Shown here: positions 41,011 through 53,310 of the stretch, piece by piece
Layout: every line of letters begins with the position of its first letter
Numbering within the stretch: position 1 is the first letter of the stretch
Assembly (NCBI RefSeq): GCF_000150275.1
Contig: NW_002060944.1
Span: 4,344,123-4,408,122, forward strand
Source: Trichoplax adhaerens
Lineage: Eukaryota > Animalia > Placozoa
DNA length: 64,000 bases
Direction: 5' to 3'
The notes under the pieces: model-generated
The model's database searches: none
What the model saw: the letters and a program-made list of their open reading frames with translations, nothing else
Told to the model about the DNA's origin: nothing
Program-made: the position numbers and the translations under genes

Positions 41011-41170
41011 AAGGAATTTAAAAGGACTTTTAACCTCCTGCTCAAGCGAAGAGGTTTGAGAAAGTTCCCGCCGCTAATTGATTGTACGCCTGTTGGCTTC
41101 CTGTTCTCCATTTCAAGGGCAAACATTGTAGGCCAGCCAACAGCTAATTTGGACTGCTATCTTGTCAATC

Positions 41171-44100
41171 ATGAACGGAAACTCCAACGGAATTTCTACC
41201 TCCAATACTGACAGTAATCCAACTCAAAATGGATCAACGTCCAATGACAGCACAACTGTTGAAGCTAATTTACTAAAATTACAAGATGCACTTCATGCGA
41301 TACGAGAACTACGTTGGAATGTCAAAGATCTCTTCAACGATCTCAATGATCAAATCTTAGCTGCTCATCATCAAGAGGATGCTGATACTCAAACGAAGAA
41401 TATGACTCAACTGAAACAGAAATTAGAGGACGCAAATACCAGTATTAAACACCATTTAATGTAGGTAGACAGTCAACATAGTCTACCCTTGAATACAAGA
41501 GCGGAATACCACCCTTCAAAATGGCCATATTTACTACTTAATCATTGCAATAGATCGCATTAAAATAACAACCCATCCATGATTGTAGCTGCAATCATAA
41601 TTCAAAATAGACTGGGATCAGCAGTTATAACCCATTCCGATACCAGCGACTTGCAATGGATAGCAGCATGAAATTACTAGTGTCATATTGCCCTGTAGAA
41701 TGAAATCATTAAAATTCATCACTACTTTCACCAAGTCTTCATACAGCCAGTCATAAACTACGAAAATTACTCCTATATTGTATACTTCATCATGATATTG
41801 GGCTACACAGGTGCTATCATACGTTGTATCCGATCCTTTTAGGCGATACAAATAACCCACTACTTGTATTAAAGTCGTCATGATGATATGGTGTAAGAAT
41901 AACAAACGATTGAGACCAGCTTGCGTAGTTGAGTTACTCTTCTTATCCATTACCATTTTTCCTCAGATTGATGCTATCCATTTCGATATGGACTAATGGC
42001 ACTAGCCCAATCTACTTACTGTACACATAATACTATACATTAATTTAAACTGCCATACAAGTCAACATTGCCATCCTTTTTAATCTTTGTATTCAGCGTA
42101 ACATCCGTGATACTGTATAGCATCATTTTAGTAAGCGATTGTAAATACGAGTATCCCTGTCATCCAATTCATGCAATGACAAGACAGTATTATCAGATTT
42201 ACAGTAAACTATACAGTCAATATAATATGGAATATGAGACTGTTAAAGGAAACGTAATTTGACATACTAAATTAATAATAACCGTTAAATACGGTCAATC
42301 GCGATGTAGATTAGGAAATTATTGTACTGCTATCATTGCAATGCAAATATAAACAATACGGATAAAAGTGCAAACGACATGCTAATCATATCATGTACGA
42401 AGTTAATAACTGCTACAATAATTTCCATCGAAAAAATTCCCTGCGATAATGTAATTGCATCATTTGGTAATATCTATCTTTGAAATGGTACTGTATGTAA
42501 AGATATGCTTTTAAATAATTTGAACTAGGCAATTGAGCAATGCAGAGTTCAAAAGCATGCCTTCTTTGCCACCCTCTTCTGCACTTCCCTCTCTGCTACT
42601 TTACGATCCTCAATTGGAAGGAAAATCAACACACCAAGATCTGATCAATTCGTATGAATGGAATCAAAATGTAAGTTGTAAAAATTTGCCTATGATTTAA
42701 AATAGTATAGAACCTTCATTTGATCGACAATGTTATCATGACAGTACAGTATATCTAAAAGAGAGTTACTACAGTATTACCAAGCTACATACACGAGCGT
42801 ATATAGAAAAAATATTCTCTAAACATTATTATAGATGTACTCTAAAACAGAAATCGTCCAAATAATACCTGTATAACTGGATTCTGTGTTGTACTTACGA
42901 CTATATAGCTAGTCCTACTCTTATTACAGTTAATTTAGATTGCAAATTTGCTACGGCTACCCTAATTTTTAGGAAATGCTTTCAAAATAACATTTTTCAC
43001 CTATTGACCCCTCTACAATTTGATGTCATTATTGTGTAAGCTTATCCTGATTTTCTACCTTCTAAAATAGTAAAACCTTATGCTTCATTCTTGGTAGGTA
43101 AAAACAAACAGTAAAGTTATATACCAAATTATGGACAAACGACAACACGAAATTAATTTTCTACAAAATGAAAATGATGATAAACTATCCAGAAGCGCAG
43201 ATCATGATATCAGCAATTTGCAGAACATGTTAGCACATTTATTTTAATTTAGCATAATTGTCATCACATCTAATGTATCTGTCATTTACACTTACTGATG
43301 GATCAATTAATCAATTTTACCATTTTGTACTTCTTTCATAGTAAAAATGACATGCTAACAAGGATTGGTAACTCCCACGAAGAACTAGTAATAGATACAA
43401 GTAGCAACGACGGCTCCTTAGTTAAAGTAATTATCTAAAAATTATGTGCTTACAACTATGTATGATCATTATTCAATTGCAATTGTATCCATAATTGTTC
43501 AACAAATTAAAATTATAGGTAACTATCAAAAACACTATGACAGCACTTATATATATAACTGAAAGTTTAGTGATCTCCAAGGTTTTGGTCATGGCTCCTG
43601 AAGAATTGAATAAAGTACTTAGCATCAAACTAGCTAAAATATGTTATAATTTTACAATTTATATTATCATTTCTTTTTTTCTTTACTCAATTTCTTGTCG
43701 TGTTTAGAAATATATTTTGATGCCAACAATTTATCTATGTCTCAATCAATAGGCAAAAACTCGAACTACATCGACGTATCAAGTTTTTAAATTGGTTAGG
43801 ATAACATTATAGTAACGCATAATGTTAAATGTTAACTTGATCACGAAACTTTCGCTATTTTCATTTTTAATGTGCTTTATTCCAGGTTACATTACGCGCA
43901 ACATCGGCATCATTGCATTATTATGGTAATAATACTCCTGCTGCAGCCTTGGAATTGTTCTTGGTAAAAATAAAGAGCTTTCTTATTATCTATTTTACGT
44001 CACATCTGGATTAATAAACTAACGGAATACTTTAATTTCAAAATTAGAATTGGCTGGCTAGTTACAAGAACCTCTTTAACAGCAAATGTAAATATTGTAA

Positions 44101-44209
44101 TAAGTATTTATCAGACTACCATACAGATTATCGTTATCTGCCTCCATGTTGTAGAACCTTGGATGACGATCATCTGGCGTATCATTACGAATGTCAACCT
44201 TCAAACTAA
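41171..44209 (+). CDS. MED27: Mediator complex subunit 27
   Basis: Exons 41171-41460, 42529-42670, ~43098-43228, ~43342-43426, ~43519-43614, ~43753-43794, ~43886-43963 and 44048-44209. Motifs ALHAIRELRWNV, LYDPQ...LINSYEWN, STYQVFKLVTLRATSASLHY, and the C-terminal Zn-site region WLASYKNLFNSKCKYC...LPPCCR...YHYEC match MED27. Confidence 0.9.
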
Positions 44210-45398
44210 TACTTTAGTATTAGGACTTACTATGAACACAATATTACAACTATCTTTTACGCTGAACAATGTTACTCGGAATTAGCTATAATTTGTTATT
44301 GCCATTTAGTATCAGCTTTTTCTGTTGTACATATTGCATATAAAATTGGTTAATTTTCTATTAGGAATACAGGACTTAAAACAGAGAATCTCAAATGTAA
44401 TTTATTTCAAAGGTGACAATCTGACTGCTCTATTTAAGTTCTGAACAGGCATTAATTTCCTAACACTCTTTTTAACTAGTCTTTGTACCCTTTATTGCTA
44501 ATTTCTTGTTACATGTAACTTTCAATATTGGCATACTGTCAATGATCTAAAAATCACTCTATTGTAATTATAAATCATTATTATTTAGTATCTTTATAAA
44601 CATGGTTTAAGATCGACCTTCTCCAAACAGGTGTCTGAAATAGTTTACTGTAAATTAATAAAGCCCGAAAAATTTACGGCAATATACTCAATGAAATATT
44701 GGTTCTAAAATATTGTAACCACACGTATAACGTGAACAAATTTTACCTTCAAAGTACATGATATGACTTCAAATTTGAAGTCTCATACTCGCATACATCA
44801 GATGCTTACCAATGCAATGGACTTAAAATTATTTCTTTACCATAACTACATACTGTAGTTCTGTGTAGAGTTAACATCGATTGTGACCGCAGTAAATTTC
44901 TTGTTCGATGCTCGTTACACTAACAATTTAAGTTATTCGGCTATGTGCTCGTACTTGAATAGTGAATAGGTATTCACCTGAGTTCATCAAACGCAATTCA
45001 TGGCTCGTCGTTTTAGCAAGCATTTCCATATTCTAAATACTTTAGAAATTAACTTTAAATGATATTGTCATAAAAGAATTACGCTAAAATATACCAATGT
45101 CATGACAGAAATCCATTCATTCTTGTAATGAACAAATTTGGTTCTTATACTATCTAATAAATAATATCATAAATACAACCATGAAAAGCTATGCTATAAT
45201 GGAATTATCAAGCTTTATGCGCTACTCGTTACAATAGCCAATATTTACTGTCTATATTTAATCGCTGTAATTGAAAACGGTGAATTCTAATTATGAACAT
45301 CGTCAGATAAGTAAAATTTGGGCTAGTACATAGAGACACAAGATGTAATCAACACGTCAATTATCTAGTATTCTGATGATGGTCTATATAATCCATAT

Positions 45399-48300
45399 TT
45401 AATCTTCGCAGTGAAGAAACGGTGAATGCGAATTGCAAATATCATCCGATAGCTTGATCTTGAACTAGCAGTGAGATATCTGATTAATTATTCTATTTCC
45501 TGATATTTATTCAAACATGAATTTTATTTAGCATTAATTACATAGTCCTTACCATAGCTGGATCATATGAAAATTGATTTAGAGTTAAACAACCATCAGG
45601 GCAGCCAAGGCTATGTAAGCTTATAAGGTAAATAGTATAAAATTAGATTTGCTTCATTTTTAATACTGTTATGGCAATACAGACTACCAATACCCTTGGG
45701 TAATCAATTTATATACCTATACATTTTATCATTTTACACTATCCTGACAGGCATAATCAATATTATTACTAAGCATTTAGCAATCACTAAAACTTACTGT
45801 TTTTCATTCCAGTCCGGCGTTACATCAAACTGAAACTCTGTATGTATCAATAATTTCATGCAAAAGAGCTGAAGAAGAATCATCATCATTTTCTATAATA
45901 GCAAATATAAGTAAATTCAGAGTAAAATAATTAATATACGAGTAACAAATAGATCTTAATATCAGGAGCCTCTATTTTAAATTAAAGTCATATTTAATGA
46001 ATACCTTTCCTGGACACTGATGACTTAAGTTTTTGGCTTCATCTGGATATACTCCAGCTTCCCAAATCATATGCCGTATCAATTCCTACAAATATTTATG
46101 TGCATTACATTCATTAAGAATAATAAAAAATGAAATTCATAGAAATTTCAATTTACGAGCAATCTATATTTATGGTTGTACAACATATTTAAAACTTCTT
46201 ACTGGATCGTCATAGAATCGGAAAGGCTTAAATGTATCTGGTTCTGGAAATACATTTGGGTCCCTATGAGCTAAATGGATATTGCCAACGAGTAAATGTC
46301 CTTTTGAAATCTTATAAGTCCCTGTATAAGCTTGAATAAACATATCTTGTCTACAATAGGTATGATAAATGAAAAAGAATATTTTATTTGAACGTTAACA
46401 TGAAAGAGAATCAGGGCTTCGTTTTAAAATTAATTTATATTTATTTATAATCAACTCAAGATCACGCAACTATAAATAGATCATAGTTGGAATTCAACCA
46501 AATTTGGTTATAAAATATGTTTGATCCCTTTTCAGATCAGATAAAGATCGTAAGTTATCGATCTATCGTACTATAGCAGTACACTACACTGTAGGATTAC
46601 AGTAAGTCCAAGGATTGATATTAGTAAGATATTATTTCGATCTACTTTATGATTAATATAAGCTTCAGGCTTACTTTGCTCGACGGAATATTAATGAAAT
46701 AGGAGAAGAAGTACGAAGAACCTAGCGTCAAAGTAATAGACGGTATAAAGTTAAAATAAAGATCTTTAAAAATTAATTGAGAAATACTGCCATTTTTCGA
46801 ACCTCGGCAACAAACGATCTCAATCGTTTCATTTTGGTTAGTGCTGCTAGAGAAAGATCATTGCCTTCACCTAATGTACTTTGTATTTCTTGACGTAATT
46901 GATTTCGATCTTCATGGCTTAATATACCAATTCGTGCTGCGCAAGTTCTCATAATTGCTTCACAGCTACCAAATGCGTTAAAGCTAATATATAGTGATAT
47001 GATAAGGAATATTGCTATTACTTCGACAATCATAATTTTATTCAATATTATTTTAATCTATATTGATTCTAGGACTAGTACAGATCTCTAATATTGTACG
47101 GCTATCGAAAAAGCTGATAGTTTAATGTAATAATAGGAAACCTTTGACTACAATAGCAACTAGAATTACATTTATTCTTGTTAATTTAAAGTGATTCTAA
47201 GAATTAAAAAATATCGTCTCTAGCGAAGTTCTGAAAAACTTGATGAATTATATTGATATCAGCTATTTATAATATGCAATATTTAGATATGTAATGAGGA
47301 CCGCTATATTTAAACTTACGCTTTTACGATTATAGTATAAAACTGTATTGATGGATATACATCATCATTTATTACAACTTTTAAATTACGCTCCTGTTGA
47401 GCATAGGACGTTACGTAAGTGTAACAAGAAACAAAATGATCTTAACTAAACTACAACCGATTTTTTCCTACTGATATCTCAATAATTTTTAACAGCAGTT
47501 CTAAAATAGATAAATTAAGAATATCTCAGTTCTATCTCTCCTAATTAAGTACTCACATGATACCAAACAGAACATTTTCTTTGGCATATTCATCGGACAA
47601 GGAACATTGACGACCAGTATTTAAATAATACGGCAAATAAGTAGAATTCTCAATTTCCTTGAAAAGCTCGATATAGGTATTATAAATATCGGCACATTGT
47701 CTTTGCTTTAACAATCCAGGCACTCTATCATATTAATGGAAAAAATCATGATGTATTGTGCTAATAAGATTAAACTAATTATGAAAAGCTTTCTAAATTA
47801 TCCTCCTCTATACCCTGATAAGATGCGAATTTATAAGTAAGTACGAGATTATGTGAATATGCTATTTCTTACTTTATCTTCTGCAACGCTTGCACATACC
47901 ATTGAAAGATTGACTCAAAATTAACGGTCTTATCGATAAATAATCGACAAATTATATCACAACATAAATGTTGGATTCCATCATCCCATGATGGTTGTAT
48001 CGATTTTGAAGCAGTTGCTGTAATAAATCCAATATGAGATAGCAAACATAGTTAGATTAGATTTCTAATGAGACAAGCCCTAGAATAAAAATTTCCTGTA
48101 TATGTGTATTTTAAATTTTGAGCTTTACTTATGAGTTCACGTAAGTAAACAGCTATCATATTCATAGGAAAATAGACTAACGCTGATAAGTTTTGTTCCA
48201 TCGTTGGAAATGATCTTCAATGCTATTATAGGTTTGCTGAATGATATATTTATCTTGCATGGCAGCCAAAGTTTGCAAAATAAATGAATTTCTACTCATA

Positions 48301-49574
48301 CGATCTTTTTGGTCTGAAAATATGGAAGGACGCAAACTATCCATAAGATTATAATTGGTGATATAGTTTCCCACGCCGTCCTCTTTCGTTACCTAACAAT
48401 TACAGGATTGAATTAAATATTTTATTTCCATACGGATTAGCAATCTACGTAAAAGCTGACTTATTTGATCACTATGATCGATAACATGCATCTCTTATAC
48501 CATAGTAGTTAATGATTTAGATTAAAATTCTTGCTATTGTAAATACGGAGTGCAAAATTACTGTTAGCTGTCACTCTTGATCACATTTGAAATAAAAAAT
48601 AATACAAACCTTATCATTTTGAAATAATATACGTATAACACGATTATCGACTAAAGCAATAGCTCGAACGCCAATATTGATTCGAAAAACATTTTGTTGA
48701 TATTTTTGTTGTAACGTCTTGAAATATAAATTTCCTTGCTGTAAAATAAGCACAAAGTTAGGTTTCTAAATGTTTCTAAATTTATAGACAGCACTTGCTA
48801 GCACCTTAACTGAGATAAGATTAACGAAGAAACGTATTTCTAACTTATACAATACTACACGCGTAAAATAATAAATATTAACTTTATCGTTATACAATGC
48901 ACCGATATACAAACTATATTTGCTAAGGCTAGAATTTCGCTAAGAAAACAGTAAAATTACAAAGTGCCTAAGCGGGATTGGATGTGACTAATTTATTACC
49001 ATTTATTAAATAAAACAGGTACAGTAAATGTAGCAATTAGTAAAACATAATATCACTGGAGATTGTATCAATCAACTGTGGCGAAAATTTAACACCCGAA
49101 TTAATTATATATAATTTCCAAATTAACTTCAATCATAATCGCCTATCTTAACACTTTGCGTCATTCACTTAAAAGTCAATCAGTCAATCGTTACACTAAC
49201 AAAAAATTATAATTAACCGTAATATTACTAAAATCTCCTTGGATTATTACAATGCAACAGTGTTACTGTACAAGTATATCGTAATAAAACAATTTAACAT
49301 TATAAATAGGCACATAAATTTAAAAAATACTTCATAATTGACCTATTTTCGTAATACTACCGTTTATGACGGATTGTAATACTTCCTGTTAGTAGTTTTC
49401 CCATAAAATAGTATATATGCACATATGAAATATTTAGGCCGATTTAGTTCCGTTTACCTGTTGTAATTTAAAGGAACTGATAAATTTATGTCCATGTGAT
49501 CCAGGAATCGATTGAATAGTATCTTCTCGGCTAGACCTCCTTCTCCGGTGCAACTTTCGCGAAAGAACTTCCAT
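45399..49574 (-). CDS. CYP74-clan cytochrome P450 copy 1 (AOS/HPL/EAS-like fatty-acid hydroperoxide enzyme), catalytic motifs intact
   Basis: N-terminal IPGSHG; YFKTLQQKYQQNVFRINI; I-helix NVLFGII-FNAFGS retaining the CYP74 Asn; EVLR; PDTFKPFRF; heme loop with the CYP74-type insertion WEAGVYPDEAKNLSHQCPGK (exon 46085-46005). No N-terminal transmembrane anchor. The last exon (stop at 45399) is less certain; alternative stop at 45538. Confidence 0.88.
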
Positions 49575-52500
49575 ATCATTGATTTTTTTCACTTTTAGCT
49601 ATCCAATTATCAGCTGATAACAAATTCCTTTATTTAATATCATAGTCAAAACTAGTAAGACGACAATATAAAATATCTTTAATTGATATTTGACTGGATT
49701 AGTGACTAAAGTCAAAAGATTCTGTTTTACTGCAATATTGAATTTCCGGTTAATTTTACTGTAAAAGTGGGTAACCTTTATTTAATATTATACTTAAAAA
49801 TTTTACTTCAATTACTTTTTCTGTGTTCTTAGCGATGTATTTACGCTATACTGTTGTCGTATTGTTATTAAAAGGTAAGAAGTAAACAAAAAAGAAAAGA
49901 AAAACATTACTGAAAAATCATTGATGATTATATAATTATTTGTTTGCTTATATTACTAAGCTTCAAATATTTCTCATTAACGTCAGAATAAAATGGAAGT
50001 AATATTAAGTTGAAAAGATTATTCTAAAACAACATGAATAAGTCATTTAATGTAATAACGTATTTTAATCCGATTTAACTAATTGCGTACGCCCGTATCC
50101 ATAAACATCATTTGCTATTTTATCATCAAACAGTTAAAAACGTAACACAGAAAGCAAAATACTCGTATAATTGAAGATTAACTATTTTAGTTAATTCAAT
50201 TTTAAAATATTAAGCAATTAATGTTAGATTAAATATATAGAATATTAATACTTATATTTAAAGCTATTAATAGTACCTAGTTTATAAATTTTGCTGATTT
50301 TCTCGAAATATGGAGAAGTATATGTGGATTTACACAAAGTAAACTATTTCGATATTCGACGAATAGTAAAATACGGTGATCTTCGTATTAAATAAACGTA
50401 ATAGTTTGCGTAATAACACCCTCGAATACAATTTACACGTCATATTTAGGGGGTCCTAATATAAACTGGTATAAAAAATACGCTTGCTATGCTTGAAAAT
50501 CTACAGGTGGTTACTATAATTATAATGCAATTCAGCTGGAAGTCGTGACCTAAGAACTGCGCCATTCATAATGTTATTTCTATTGTTTCCTTGTCTCTCT
50601 TCTCTTGTTATATAAATATCTATATCTGCATACAATTGTGTACATGTAAAATTAGTTAAGCTACTAGTGCCCGCTTGAAATCACCTTTGCTTTTGGGAAC
50701 CATCATTTTATGAAACCATTCTATCACTGTCAAATGCTGTTGTCTACTTTTAACCTTAAACTTAACCTTCGTATTTAAACAAGTTCTTTCTCTGTTAAAA
50801 TAGCTATCATTGTACCATTATCTTCACGCAATAATGTTAGTCATTTTCGATCTTTAGGGGTAATAGCTACTAAGTATGAAGGATTTTGTTACAGATAGGT
50901 GAAACAGAGCCCGTTTCAAAATATGAATTTGCTGAGTATCAAAATCATACTGTTAGAATTTATTTAATAAATATAAGTAATCTATGATCATGTAGAATTA
51001 TGAACAAATGGAAAATTTCGCTCCTTAGATGTAAAGATGATAAATACTTCCGGAAGTCTTTACGCGGGATGAATCAATTAACTACAATCTATTCTAAAAT
51101 ATATAAATTTACTTATTTTCAATACTACACCATTATTATTATTAAAAATTTTAACGATATGTGAATAATACGTTTAATGTACTTATCTATGAAGATCATT
51201 GTATTAAGACATGAAAAATAGAAATAGAGTCTGTTACTGCTCGCCTTTTTCACTTCTTTCTAGATAATCCTTAAGATGGAAGATTTTTTATGAAGAACGG
51301 TAATTTAGAGATTATAGTTCTTTTAAGATATAAACTAATTCATAATTAACGCCCTGATATTACAGCTGGTGACAATATTAATATACCTAATAAACTTTAT
51401 AGAGAGATCTTATACAGATAAAAGAAAATTGAAATTTAATTGCTACATTGAATGAGTTTTGTTCTTAGGGATGGTAGTTTTAAGTGCAGAAAGTTGGCCA
51501 AGAGACAGGATAACATAAAAATTGCTTATGAAAGAGCTTTTACAATGATTTGATGATTTAATAAGTTTATCATCGCGAAAGTTCTTTCATTAGTAATTTT
51601 TATGCTACTCTTACATTGTAATTTTTCTTACCTTCTTCAAAAAAAGCTACATCAAATCATGATTGCTATTTTGTACCAATCACAACTGTTTCTACTTTAT
51701 TCTTTAATACATCAATGGTGACAATGTGCTGTAAGAAATACCCGGTGGGATACGAAATATCCTATTGATTCTTGTTTACTAAATCAACCATACGAAAGGA
51801 ATTATTATGAAGACAGGTCATCCGTTATTATCATATAAGATAATACTGTACTCTTAGGAAAGCACCAGAATTAACCGGTTACTTTTTACATACGCGTACA
51901 CTCAATTGATAAAGTTGGCTTATGAGCACAATTTCTCGAGGCCGTACTATACAAAGCAAATGTCAAAATAGAACTGAAAAATAAATTTTGTACTTGTTTA
52001 CAGTTAAAGTATCTGTATTGAAAGAGTCCCAAGAAATCGAAAACTTATGTACAAATAAGATCGTTTGAATTTATTTTCTTCTAATTTGCACCGAAGAAAA
52101 ACGAAATCGATGTCATCATCATAACCTGCTTTATGGGAAATCAGGTACAGATTAGGTTTGCTATAAGTGATACAATTTGTCTGACTTTGTTTATCAAACC
52201 TTTAGCAGCCGTTCATGAGCTTGGTAATGTTCTTCAAAGGAGAATTTCGATAAATTAGTGTGATATTTTATTGTAAAATAAATTCTTAGGACGGTTTGGA
52301 TAGGCAGCTTAAACAGGTTATAATCGCTGAAACCAACAATATACTGTTTATATTTCCCATAAAAGTTTGGGTATCTATTAATCATTACTATTAGAGATTT
52401 AGATAGCTAGTAAACAAGGTTTATGCAAGAAACTATACCTTTGATGGGACATATTCCTACAAGATGACTATTGTAGAAATAGTAAACTAAAAGTATTACA

Positions 52501-53310
52501 TCACCATCTGATCAAGCTAAATTTCTTAGCATGCGACTCGTAAAAGTACGTATACGAATTCCCATGCATAGCATATAAAATGTAAGGGCAAAATAACATA
52601 CACATTTTGAAGTAAGTACTGTCTGAAAGGTTTGGTATGTAAGGAATGTAAGAAGATGTTCAATATAGTGCATCATATGATGATCTAAAAATTAAAGATA
52701 ATTTCAAAATTTCCCGATTTAACCTTAGAAGTATATAATACATAAGTAATTGGTTACGTGTAACAAATGTACGTTGTTGGATATGTATGTTTTTGCACTT
52801 ATATATACACTACATGGACAGCAAATTAAGTATAAAAATATCGAAAATAGTCATGTTATGTTAAATATTCAATTTATTAGAAAGCGACAATTTATATTTC
52901 TTAAAACTATAAATCTTTAACACAGAAATTGATTAAATATAAATTCTACGATCATTTTAGCCATTGGAAGCAAATTATTAACCTTATGCTGTTATCCGAA
53001 CCAATAACTTAATAAGTATACCAATTTATTGGAAACTCTTTATCTGGAAAAAGTTTTAACTTGTAATAAAATACATTAAGCAACTGTCATTTTATTAAAA
53101 ATAAAATTAATCTAATGATACCTGCAAGTTACCCTATGCAATAAATAAAATGCGCGAATGACAGCTTATGAACTCAATATAATGATGATGACATGAATTC
53201 AATATTCTTTTAATAAAGTTATAGAGAATAAGCTAGCTTAATTATACATCGAAGTATACTGTTGCACTTGTGATTATATATCAAATTAAAAAATAGGATA
53301 GCAATGTAAA

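Noticed and set aside
41618-42262. ORFs inside MED27 intron 1
   Set aside because: No homology cues or splice support; consistent with chance ORFs.
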